From: Owenia fusiformis
Taxonomy: Eukaryota
DNA length: 64,000 nucleotides
Reading direction: 5' to 3'
Assembly: GCA_903813345.2 (NCBI GenBank)
Contig: CAIIXF020000001.1
Location: 13,144,001-13,208,000 of the forward strand
Shown one piece after another: positions 12,301-24,900 of the stretch (position 1 is its first letter; every line of letters begins with the position of its first letter). The notes beneath the pieces were generated by a model that was not told the DNA's origin, ran no database searches, and saw only the letters and a program-made list of their open reading frames with translations. The translations under genes and the position numbers were made by a program.

Positions 12301-15063
12301 ACTTGACACAGAGCCAAGCCAAAGTTCAAGGGTGAACTTGAATTACCTTGTATACAGATACACGCGTGTGTGTCATTAACATTTAATAGAGTACTATATA
12401 ATAGAATAAGCACAGTTGAGTACCATAAGGTAATGATTATTTGATAGTCTAAATCAAATAAGCTGCAAAGGGAGTGGGATTGGCTGGTATTTTAATGTAA
12501 ATATATTTTCTACTTTTTATGACGTAACATTTATCAATTATCGCAAAAAAATTATGATATGATGTAACTTCGAATTGAAAAAGATCTAAGGCAATCTAAG
12601 GATAATTTTGGCTTAAAGGTACGGAAAGCTGCGAAAAGTTACGTATCGATATTAAAAGTTGAATAATAAATGCATAACGATCATGAACCTAGTATCAAAT
12701 ATATCAAAGTTTGGTCCTGCAGTTATAATCTTGAAATGTGGTGGATCTTAAAAATCTATTTAATAGTGGGACTGATTTAAGTGGCAAAAGGGCAATTCAA
12801 AAGTGTTAATTGGGTCCGTTATCCCTCCCCCTCTCAGAGAATCATACCTTGAACGAAGGTTGGATGTTTTGCACTCGGTCCCAGTTAAAGTTAAGGTCTA
12901 CACCTTTCATTTTTGTACAAAAGGTCATTAAGGTAAGAATAAGTAGAATATTCAGTGGTATACATTTCAAATTTGCAAAAAAATCCATATTTTCCACACC
13001 AACCTAAAAGTTCGCAATGTAATTGCAAGGTGGGCTTTTTAATAATGGAATTAATGTTGCACATAATTATAATTGAATGAATTTCTTTTTGTTAATTTGT
13101 AACATAAATCTTACGCTTACCTTTTTAATCTTAAGATGGGGAAACATGTCAGCCCACATACGCATGAAACTTGTCTTGCTGAAAAAGTTTCGAAACTTTT
13201 CTACTCTTTCGCTTTTGTATCGAAGGTACAGTCCCTCTTTCCTCGTCTTGTAGGGAAGCATAACATCTTCTGAATCGGGCATTCGGTCAGCATGATAAGT
13301 CGCATATTCTTCTAACCAAAACTTAGCATCGTCGTAGAGTGATGTTTTACTTCTGCGCCTTTGATAACCCGTTGACAAGACTCCGTTTTCATAATCTTTC
13401 ACTGATTTATAATAGAAACCTTTGCTTATATAAAAAAGTTGGCAAAATGCCTTTGAACATATTCCCAATCCATTTTCAATCATTAAAAAATATTTTCCAT
13501 TATACTGTTTTGCGTCTCTTAATTTCTGTATCAACCATTCGTGTCTAGATTCAAAATCCTTCGTCCATAAAATCTCCCTACATCTACGAGCCATGTCCAT
13601 GTTTACATTTAAATGACATTTGGAAATGCAGCATTTCTTCATATATTTAATCTGGAGTAATGATCCGTGTCTTAAGCTTTTTTCCAATATCCTTGAAACC
13701 GTTCTTTCACGTTTTGGGGCTATAAAATGAACAATATGTTATAAATTGACAAGATTAAAATGTGCAATTGTATAAAATGTTAAATGAGTAAATTTGAAAT
13801 GGCATACTTTCGCTGTGACATTATTTTCTAAACATGCAATCTGAAGTCTAACATCACTCAAATCGATGCAGATAGAATAAGGGATGTCTCGTCTTGAAAC
13901 AAGACAAGTGCATGATCAAAAAGTAGTCTCCTGAAAATTTATGTGTATTTTTGTATTTTCTTATATGTACAAGCGTTGCTAAGGAGCATTTAAATATATA
14001 TATATGTCGGAAAATGTGTTTGCCGGAAAAACGTTATTTGAACGTCAGGTGGAAGGAAGTGGTCACTGGCCTTAAAAGTTATCCTTCCGTCATCTTTCCC
14101 AGGAAATAAATCATTTCGAATACAAATGTTGTTGGATAGAGACTTAAATGACTGACTAAATCGCTGATAAACTTTTCAAATACAATTAGTCCCTATCTCA
14201 CATTAGCTCCGATTCATCGGGCTGCGTCAGGCAGAATGAATAATTTGTTCAAATCAAATGCATTTCTGAACAAAATAGTCAATCGACCGGGCGCCTTTGT
14301 TAGATCAGAATATTACTCACCTGTTGAGAAAGAAGTGATGTTGACTTTCGGGGTAACACTCCCTAAGTCTTCCGGAAGTAAATCTTTTAAGCTATCTATA
14401 GGAGATGTCTCGTCGTCATAATCGCTAAAGCTATCGTTCCATAAGTCACTTTTCATCTGATTTTTGAATGGCGCAATGGGAGTACTGGTTAATTGTTTGT
14501 TTTCGTTATGACGGATTTTCGAAGGTGTTTTAACCGTATTTTCGTATTTGCCATCGTCGTCGCAAAAATCAAATACATCTAGTTTTGGACTATTGGCGCT
14601 TGTATCCATATCATCTTGACAGATAAGTGAAGTACCAAGTGGCTGATCATTGTTTTCAAGAGATATTCCAAGAGGGTCGTCATTGTTGTCATCGTTCGCT
14701 ATATCGAGGGATATTCCCAGGGGATCCTCAGATGTTGTGTTTAAAAGGAAGCTTTTACCCTGAAAATCGAAATTGAATTTTGTTAAATTTTACTGGTTTC
14801 ATATAAACCTCAATTCCTAAAATGTCTTGACAAAGGAAAAAAAGAGCATGTATTATGTAAACCAGGTAGAAAACACAGTGCTAGCCATAAAACCATTAAC
14901 GCCGGAATCGATGATTATTATAATTTCTTTCTTTATTTTCATGTTAGAATTGGCATATCAATTCATTACTTACCGCATTGTTGTCAGCACCAGGTATTTT
15001 GATTGGGTAAATGTAGTCGGATATTAATAGAATGAGACAGACATATATGGTCCATCTATCCAT
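3349..15063 (-). CDS. Intron-containing DDD transposase, DUF7869/Sola1-like (about 840-946 aa)
   Basis: Phase-compatible GT-AG exons: 15063-14974, 14759-14321, 13719-13121, 11101-10980, 8730-8639, 8045-7843, 7590-7474, 7058-6426, 5892-5838, 5360-5286, 5079-4987 and a tentative last exon 3671-3349. Motifs in order: FTKCDKC, YLSIIFDGMDQ (D1), KTSLPH, HDSN, LYLQADNCWRENKN (D2), FLIVGHTHEDIDSYF (D3), then a basic KR-rich tail. The first and last exons are less certain than the core. Confidence 0.85.
3983..4961 (+). mobile_element. Degenerate Tc1/mariner-type element with a transposase remnant, in a transposase-gene intron
   Basis: TIRs CAGGGCGTATCAAAAAAATGCAAC / GTTGCGTTTTTTTTGACACGCACTG, flanked by TA on both sides, with long internal inverted repeats. 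The remnant SSDFNCCDFFFWSYLRS (~4229-4280) resembles the mariner/Tc1 SPDLNPCDFFLWGYLK motif. Confidence 0.8.
8222..8452. mobile_element. Palindromic MITE family copy 1 (Harbinger/Tourist-like), internally expanded
   Basis: TAATGCCTATGTCACATTTGCTCCCATTCATTGGCCGGCGCCCGGCCGATTG...GAATCGGAGCAAAGGTTAC matches the copies at 9135, 14187, 16178 and 24090. Confidence 0.65.
9135..9274. mobile_element. Palindromic MITE family copy 2
   Basis: About 140-bp imperfect hairpin ending GATGAATCGGAGCAAATGTCACCAAGGC. Confidence 0.75.
9584..10020 (+). repeat. Dispersed ~440-bp repeat, copy A (copy B at 20961-21454)
   Basis: GTCCAGGAGTAAACG...AGAAATTTAGCTGGCCATAAATATTG...GGCGATCGCA is collinear and highly similar with 20961-21431. 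Confidence 0.85.
14187..14296. mobile_element. Palindromic MITE family copy 3 (partial)
   Basis: TCACATTAGCTCCGATTCATCGG...TGAACAAAATAGTCAATCGACCGGGCGCC. Confidence 0.6.
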
Positions 15064-15973
15064 GTTCCGTGTGTAGACTTCTGATTCGTTTTCGACTTTC
15101 TAAAGTGTCCAAACTCTAATTATTCCATTGTATTTGTCCTTTGTAAATGTATTAGTGATCATATAACGTCAGTTAGCAGGTTAACAAAGATTCATTTGCG
15201 CATGTTGTTTGTTGAAACAAGTATTTCGTTTCTGGGTCACTCATTGGCTCTTTACCCCGAGGCTAAGGAATGTTATGGATTTCACGACTGGTACATGGCT
15301 TATCCAATGATACTTGTATAGTATTTTACAATCTAAAATACAGTAAAACCTGACTAATCTGAACGCCATTGGAACTAGCTAAAAGTGTTCGGATTAGACA
15401 GGTTTTCGCATCTCCAAGATCCTGGACTTTGAAGGCCCGATATGATTAAGAGTATGAGATATTTTTCCAAAAATGTTGAAACAAAAATAAATCTAAGCTT
15501 TTAAAATATTTGAGAAATCTGTGAACTATTTTTAAAAGTCTTCAAGTAAGACAGGTGCATCTTCACTTTTCAAGTTTCTATGACATGAAAGTAAATGGTA
15601 AGGCAGAGGGGAAAGCGTTCGGATTTGAAGGTACTCGGATTACCCAGGTTTTAGATTTAACAGGTTCTACTGTACTCCCTCTTTACTTTTGAGATACCCT
15701 TTTGAAATATCCTATCATTTTATTGTTTCAGTTTACAATAACGTATTAACCAATTAAAAAGTAATTACGGTTATGTGTCATTTGCTGAAACCTTGAAGTT
15801 CTATGCTAAAATGACAGATTTTAAAATCAAGGTCTCATTGATAAAACAAAGCTAGTGTGTGACATTTTTAAGGGCTGCATGATTGCAGGGGAATTTCTTA
15901 GTAACATGGAGTATTACGTTTTTACACTCTGATATACGTACACGCACATGCAGACTATGCTTGTTATTCCATC
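15064..15973. promoter_or_regulatory. Putative bidirectional promoter region between the two transposon genes
   Basis: 910-bp gap between divergent predicted start codons (15063 minus, 15974 plus). Promoter function is inferred from geometry only. Confidence 0.45.
15341..15672. mobile_element. Tigger/pogo-like MITE
   Basis: TA|CAGTAAAACCTG...CAGGTTCTACTG|TA with internal TTCGGATT sub-repeats. Confidence 0.75.
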
Positions 15974-18900
15974 ATGGCTTCGTTTCTGAATAATTGGCAT
16001 ATGATTGAAAGCGATGATAAAATATACCTTCAAAAAGAGGTAGAGCCAGAACTCTATGAGATTAAGGGTGTTTATCAAGCAAAATTACAAAAGCAGGGCG
16101 AGAAGATAAAGGTAAGTTGTTTCCATTTAAGTTCTTTTGCAAGCCGTGTTGACTTTTGAGCAAATTTCAATGAATGGAATGCCTGGGTCATATTTGCTCC
16201 GATTCATCGGCCAGCGCCCTGCTGATTGAGTATTTTGTTCAAACTTGTATACACTACAGTTTTGACCAGAATACTCAATCAGGTTGGCGCTGGCCGATGA
16301 ATCTGAGCAAATGTGACCCGGGCATCAGTCATCCATCCCTCTTGTATTCTAGGTAATTTATTAACCTATAAATGAGGAAAATATGAGAGAGGGATGACTT
16401 GCTCCCCGTTGTTCAATGGGAAGGATTTTGAATGGACTTTAGATCAATGTTTGTGATTTTGATATTACCTCATTCTCTTAGGACAGGTTTTCACTGTTTT
16501 CACAAAATGTAGGACACTAATATAAGTTGAGTAAGTTAAAGGGAGTAGAAAGGATAGAGGTAATGAGTGCTTGTCTCCTTGGTTTCCTCACAGTTTTTAG
16601 TCTTTTTCGTTTGGCCCCTAAGCTTAGATATCTATATTCTAGGAAGGGGGATCAGAGTTTGCAGTTTACTACTTTCAATATCTTTCGTCTGGATGGGGGG
16701 GGGGTTCATGTTGATCATGCAGTGTATCAATCATCCGAATTCATACTGAAAGAATGTGGCTTTTAGTCAAACATCTGTAACTTCTGTAACCATTTACAAC
16801 AGGTATGATGAGTTATGGCATTTCGTCAGATCATATTATAGCATTATTAATTTTAATAGAAAACATTAGTAACATTAGGACAATTAATCTCATCTTATGC
16901 ACAAATGTAAAGGTGCACACTTGTTTCCAACATATATTTCCATTTTAGATGCTTATTTGGGACCATGTCCTCGGGGAAGCAACAGACAAAACTGTGTATC
17001 TTGGGTCCTTGCAAACTGGAAAGAACGCTTTTAGTAAAAGGTTTCTAGAGGCGGCAACTAGAGTGTCAAGAACATTGTTCTGCAATCTTTGGGAGGAAAC
17101 CGGTCGAAAATGTGAGTTATAAACAAATAAAGTATAATATATAAAAAGCAATGCCTCATTGTTTTGCTCTGTGTTTGAACTTGAAATTGAACTTGAATTA
17201 AAGTTCATAAGATCGATATGGCGTTCCAAGTTAAATGGCATTCTGGATTTCATTTGTCATTAACATTATTTGGCTTTTTCAGGTTTACCTGATCCATTAC
17301 CGCAACAACGACAGTTAGGTTCCCTGGATGTAGACGACGCTGATAACTTGGATTTGGTGAGTTCAAGTATTGTTCTTTCTGTTAAGATATATTCTGGTGA
17401 TACAGCACAAAAGCGAAGCCATAATTATCACCCAGTTCCCCTTTCCGTTTCTTTGATCTCCATGGTTTTGAACAAGTTAGACCAAATGGAAGTCGAATGT
17501 TTTGATAGGTTTTAAAGAGAAACTTTTAATGAGGTTTGAGTCAAAATGTGAAAATTAAGGGGAGCAAAAGAATGTGATCTTAAATTATTGAAATTTTAAA
17601 TTTCAAAATATGTCGCATTTCATGTCTTGTCTAGAAAGTAAGCAAATCACAGCGGTTGGTATGGATAATCCAGTTAACCTCAATTTTGCAAACACATATA
17701 TACATGTACTGAAATTATAAGAATTTAGAGCGATGCTTAAAAACCATAATTAACTTCTATGACGTGCACGGGCCTGGGGACAATTTCGGCTAATCTCAGC
17801 TTGAAGCGTTAATATCTTATTTAAAAAGCTAACTATGTTCTTTATATATCATTTTGAAGTAATTTTTATTCGCATTTCACTGAAATTATTTTTCTTTTAA
17901 AGGTTTGATGGGATCTATCACATTTTTAAAGTTAAATATACCCCGACATCATGTAAGACGTAACATTTTACGCTTACACAGTTCGTTGAAATCGGGATAA
18001 CTTTTGAAATACCGAGCAGAATTTTACTAAAATTTCACATTTTATTCAATAGAACATGTGTATTTATGACGTCACAATTACATAACGGCTTCAGTTCAAA
18101 TTGTCTTATATGAACGCTTTTAAAATTTTCAAAATTGTGTAAGGTTTTGAAGGCGAGGGAGACAAGCAATAAGTTTACCTTTATTTAAAGAGAGAATCAG
18201 ATCTAGCGAGCAGCGTAACAAAAAAATTAAAATTGAAATTATAGTTTCAATTTTAGAATATTTCTGGCATATGTCATTATATTCCTTTTTATGTCTATTT
18301 TCCAAAAACACACTTTAATAACACTTTATTTCAGGAAAACTAAAGATTTTTTCAATAATCTATTGTTTTTCTATAAGAATGGTTACCATTCTTATCATTT
18401 GGAAGAATTTAAACATTTTTCAACCATTTTTCAACCATTATAACTTCACCAATTTATAATACATCGTGAATCGTTTTGGAGGTATTGTTTTTGAATAGAT
18501 TGGCAGGTCTGTTGTACATGTTGCTTGTAATTTTGTCACCCCCATGGATCTGATTGTGCCTTTAACCTTCTAATTTAGGGCTGATTTCAAAAATAAATTA
18601 ACTGCACACTATTGTCATGGCGAATTTTACAAAACAATAACCGATTTGTATATTTTTCAAATAATATCAAAATAAGAGCTGATTTTAGAGACTCGAAAAA
18701 ATGTAACACATCGATTTTTACCACAAATTTCATACATATCAATTTTTACTAACGCTCCGAGTGGATTTTTTGACCGTTTTTCAAAAATCAAAAACATTTT
18801 AAAAATATTGTCCTTGAGATCTTGTTGCTCTGTGAATTTTACCAGGATTGAATAAGGATAAAGCATCTTATTTTTAGGTTGACTAAACTTGACAAAAAAA

Positions 18901-21900
18901 TTGTCCCCAGTTTCGTCCGACGTGTATTAGCGTTTGCTTACATGCATTGACATTATAAGGTACAAGGGGCGATCAAGAAATAACGTTAGTATAACCCAAA
19001 CTCAGAAAATAATCACCCATTTATCCCTAATGATGATATTTATTAATTTTACAGGCGCTTCAGTATCGGCGTCACATACAAGTGCGTCACATTCAAGTGC
19101 GTCAGATTTTAATAGAAAATTATGATAATTATATCTGATTTGGCTATAATAGAGGACCACCTCTTAGGTATGTTACATACGACCACCAGACTCAGTAATC
19201 CGATAAGGCTAAACAATCCTAAGTAATGGCCATAAATCAGCAACCATATAGCACAAAGTACCAGACTAATTAAAACCTGCTGCTGCTATCAGTGTAGCAC
19301 TGGTTTCTCCTGCGATAACAGTAACATTAACACCATCATTCAGTGACATTTCATTAATATCAATTAAAAATTAACTCTATATGTGTTTATTTTTTAACCT
19401 TATTTATAATAAACAATTATTTGTTGTTTACTTGACAACAAACAACTGATCTTTTGACAATCCTTTATTTTCATTAGTTTATAAATGATTTTTGTATTGT
19501 ATAATCATGTTCGTATCAAGTCTTAAAACGGGGAGCGTGACCGTTGAACTCGCGGGGTAAGCTACAACACCACTTCATAAAGTCCATTGTTCTCCAACTG
19601 TGACGTCTTTATATCCATTTCAACTAGATAAAATGGCAGATAATTCAACATTTTCGATTCGGGTGCTAAACTTCAGTACGGCACAATTATGTAAGCAATA
19701 ATATGAATATCGTTCCCAATATGTTCGAGCCTAAAGGGAAAATCTCTAAAAAATTCAAAGAAAAACGGGCCTTTCGCGTCTAACATTGCACTTTGATGTC
19801 TCAAATGGTATTAGCCACGTGCACACATAAAGCACTTTATCATAATACGAAGTGAGGCAATGGACGATGTGGCAGCATACGGTATAACGCCTGGCGAACG
19901 ATGGTAAAGGTACGGAACAACAAAAGGAATTTATGTGCTTGATTTTGATGAACTAATGCATGCTATCCGATATATATATTAACTTGGAACTCATGCAGGT
20001 GTTACCCTGGTTATGGCCAATCCACCAAGATGTTGTACACCATAAATGCATTTTGTTTTGCTCAATCGCATAAGACAGGGGATGGTCTCGCTCGGGATAT
20101 TTCCTGGGGTATATCAGAATTTCCCCCACGAAAGACAATTAAGAAGACAAATTCTAACACTCAAATTACCCTCTGATGTACTGGGAGTGTAATGGGGGTA
20201 TCAGCAAGTACTCAACACCATAATTAACAGTAAAAAAATATGACACCTATTCGGACTTTCTTTTTTCTGGTGAACCCCACAAAATGTCCCACGCGAAACC
20301 ATCGCTGATTTTAATAGCTATAGATAACTTGATCTATCTTCAACATATACGCCGATGTGCGCTTATATGTCAAAATAATTTATCATTAATGTATCTCACA
20401 CTCATATTTGCAACCGGAGTTTCTTGCTCATAATTAAGCCCATTTGAGTATGGTAAGAGGGGTAAATCAAGAATAACAACGTAAGTGATTTCAAATGAAC
20501 GCCAATTTGAGAAAAGATTAATCACAAACCACTATGGCTAATCTATTTTGACATTTATTTTTCATAGCAAGTGACTGTGATTTATATTCGGATGAAATCA
20601 TTTTGCTTCTAGACACCGGCTAGAACTATTTTATGTTATTTTAAAGTACAGAAAAAGTACTTCTTAGAATTAGCAAATATTTTAATAGATTTTCAAAAAT
20701 CCATTAGATTTATCATCAATTTTCAACCTATTGTAATTGAGGAAAAAATTGGGAAAGTTTGGAGGCATAGAAAATGAAGTCAATTTACATTTCCATCAAT
20801 ATCATAAGTACTGTATTTTCCTAGTACATAGTAGGTTATGTAAATAAAAATTCAAATATAAAGAGGCTTCAACACGTAGTTCAGTTGGGGAGAGGTGTTA
20901 AGGTTGCCAAATTATTTTTATTTTATCAATTTTATTTCTAAACTCTTTGGTTCCATAATGGTCCAGGAGTAAACGAATGAAACACATTAAATTCTCAGAA
21001 ATTTAGCTGGCCATAAATATTGTTTCAATGACAGAACAGATTATCTTAATGTTTCAGTTTGAAATTCTATATCTCTGTTCATATGAGTACACTAGTAGAT
21101 AGGATATCTGTATCAGCTATTTGAATGTGAAAGCAACATTTAATTCTTGTAGTTCAATGCAGAGTTTTTACATTTCAATTAGACCATAGGCATAGCCATG
21201 GGGGGGGGTGCAATTGGTGATCGCACCCCCCCCCCCCCCCATAACCAATAAAATATAACCATGAGAAGAAAAGAGCTTTAAATTAAATGCTTTTTATTTG
21301 AAGCTTCTAGCTCAATTTATTATGAAGGAAGTTGCATACTTTTTTGTAAAATTCAAGATAAATCTTAATTGTTGGGTTCTTATGCCACAATCGCATCTCC
21401 TGACTGAAAATGGATTTTTTTGGCGATCGCATCTGAAAGCTGGCTATGCCCCTGTAGACATTTCCATTTTTAAACTTCATATCCTGCAAATTCCTATATA
21501 TTATATATAAAAAATATCTATATATCAAGCAATAAAATAAATAAAAAAGTTCTATCTGCACAATATCACATTGTGATCTAGATAGATAACTAGCTTGACT
21601 GACTGATATTCATTTGCTTTCATCATATTATGTGGCTTACAATAGTCAGGATTTTGTGACTCGGAGGGGGTGGTTCATTTTTTAAATTCATGCAAAATAC
21701 TTCCCCACCCTGCCCACACTCAAATCACCTCATTTTACAATAAGTAATAAAGGTATCATAATTTGATCATTATGGAATTTATTTTATGAAAGTTTAAGAT
21801 GCAGAAATTGTTCACAAATTGTGAACTTTAGAAATCAAGTGCATCAATGAAAATATATACATGAAATTATATTCATTAATTTTGCACTAACAAGACTTGC

Positions 21901-24900
21901 GAATGGTCATTAAAAATAAAAGTATGTGTATCTTGCATCATTATGAAATAAAATCACAACCATTTTTAGGGATAAATATGAAGTCCCATGCGCAAAAGTT
22001 GTCAAAACATTTTCAAAGTCGTGAATTACTTACAACTCATCTCTAGACTTAGATACCCTTTGAGACAGCAATCCATTTAGGCTCATTCTATTTTCAAGAT
22101 GACACCTAAATTCAACTTAGTTTTGAAGTGTGAACTAGGCATGAAGTATAAACTACCCTAATAAATTAATTATCTCATGTTTATTTGATTTTAACAATGG
22201 CCATTGTCTCTATCAAAAATATAATTATACCAAATGAAATTTGGTACTCCATTTTCCATTTTAGAATATTTAACTTGAAACTGGAGTAAATAGTATATCT
22301 GTCTGTGGGTAGTATAGTACATGTATTGTATACTAGTAACATCTTATTTAGTCTTGAATACTTCAAAGAACACTAGATATTTGCCTTTAAAAATACATGG
22401 AAACAGACTGCAATCTGTCTATGAGAGGAGGACAGTGAGTTCACTCTAGACTAAAACCAAGAAGACAAACCCATAACTTACATCTTATCTAAATAATCTG
22501 TCAACTTAAACTCTAACGAGTTTTCCAGAGCTGATCAGATTTGATCAGAACTTTGCAGTTATCTGGAGAACTAATAACATTCTATGTTGAATTTCGAATC
22601 TAAACTAAAATGCCTCGTGGCTTGCGCTTGACATCTGAGGCACATCGCCACGTGGTATCTCAACTTACCAAACCAGATGTGAAGAGGAAACGTCGCTCTA
22701 TAACAATACTACAAATCTTATTTAATGGGTAAGATTCTTTAGTGAGCCAATGTGTGATATATTATCGCTGTCACTATCGAAGACCGTAAAGAACCATACT
22801 TTAGAAAATTACTTAAAACAGACATGGATTTTTACAGCAAGCATATCATATTAAGAGCTTGCGCTAATTGTTTGGGTTTGAATACTGATCTTGGAAGGAG
22901 ACGACTGTCACCTGGGTTTTGTAATATTGTCTGTCAGAAAAATATACCATTGCATTGAACAGCGCTTATTTACGTGTCCATCCTTAATAATGTTTGTTTA
23001 TAAATAAAGTTGACCTGATTAGTTCATGTGGCCATAGAGGCACAGGTTGGTGTTGTGAAATACAACGCTAAACCATTACAACAGATTACAGGTTGATTCA
23101 GTGAGCTTTAAATCAAGTACCCTAACAAAAGGCCAAAACTTTATGGAGAGATAAGTGTGCAGTGTGAGATAATGACACTTGACATAAATACCTTGAAAAT
23201 AGTATAATCACTGTGACTGATCATGAAATAATTTAACGACTTCAATCTACAACAGCTACTTGACACCTATCTGTAAAGGAATCTCTAAGTATCTCTGTTT
23301 AATGAAACAGCACAGCAGGCATGCTACATTGGATACCCCATGAAGCACCTAGCACACAATTCTAATTAGACACATTCAATTCAATTAATTCCTTTATAAT
23401 TTCATAAAATACACATATAAAGGTTTAACAGGTGACATCATCTCTGATGTTTATACCCGTACATATGTTAAAGCATTATATTACGAATATTAAGAACAAG
23501 GTTATGTGAAGTGATCAATCCCCACTCAACCATATCAAGATTGGGTTCGGTCTAAAAGAAAATCTAAGAGGGAGTGTGGGTGGAGGAGGTGCAGCACAGA
23601 TATAAAGCTAAGAAGGCGTGATTATGTGGTCGTAGTGGCGTGGTTTTCGGCTCTTGCTTCTATACGCAATCAGGCCCTTGGTCGGGGGGGGGGGGGGCTT
23701 AAGGGGTTGGGGGGGGGGGGGGTCGTGCGAACATCCCCTGGAAAAAATCGTCTAAATCATTTTCATCAATTTTGAAGTGATTTTCGGCATATTCAAACAA
23801 AATTGTCAAAAGTAAACCTCCTGATATTTTTAAGAAATCGGCCCCCCATTGGCTCATTCCGGCTACGGGCCTGTGTAATCGAACTTCTCGTGAGATTTTA
23901 CGACAACTGCTACCTCGATTGAGCATTTCTAGTTTGAATCTATTATTATTAATCTAAAACTCGATTATTCTAATTTGTACACATTTCAAGTGCATCAGAT
24001 CAGATAACCAACCAGAACGTTTCTTAAACTAACTTCATGCATAATCTAAACAGGTGGCATGTGGGTGCGTTTACAATCTTGAACAGACCTAATGCCTTGG
24101 TCACATTTGCTCCGATTTTCACTACGGCGCCCGGCCGATTGACTATTTTGTTCAAAATTGAATACTATATTGAGCAAAACACTCAATCGGCCGGGCCCCG
24201 GCCGATGGATCGAAGCAAATGTGACTTCGGGCATTACCAGATTAACCAAGTTTTACTCTGGTCAGATATAAACATTAAACATATGTGTTTATTCGTTTCA
24301 TGATGGTCTCGTTGCATTTTTCAAAACTATTATTTCAGATCCAAACGGTCCCAAAAGATGGACACGCTGAATCATCGATGAATTCAGACTTACAAACAGG
24401 CAAAGAAGTCAATGGAGAAACTGATCTTGCGGTTAAATCACATCTTATTGGTATGTTCCCTGGTCATTTTGTTTGGATTTTGAAATGTTTATTTTCGAAG
24501 GAACAGTGTATATTGTACTTAATACAAATGAAAATAATTCTACACTTTTTCAATGTGCTTTCTACTGCTCTACTGCTTTCTACTGACTGTTGTTTCATAT
24601 TGTTTAATAATAATAGGACAAACGGAAACTATATACATTTTGATAATTTTCTTACTTTTTTCTTTTGATCTAAAATTATTACGGGGAATGAAGTTTCATC
24701 TGTCTTATGCCGAAATATCGACTCATGCATAGCATTCTTGGTCTTACATCAAATTCATCACCAAAGTCCCATGTCCATTACTCTGAACCTTCACTATTTA
24801 GGTGACTTCATCACCGTCCCGATAGAATGTTTGATATCGCCATCAGAAGTCAACAAAGTGAGAGATCTACACCAATGGCAAGTTGATAAGATTATGAAGT

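Noticed and set aside
18934-19125. Possible extra exon of the accessory gene at 19055
   Set aside because: It runs into stops in the relevant frames before a convincing donor, and 17356 splices in phase directly to 24339.
23627-23670. tRNA-like A-box sequence GGTCGTAGTGGCGTGGT
   Set aside because: No cloverleaf or intact B-box. At most it is a decayed SINE head interrupted by a MITE.
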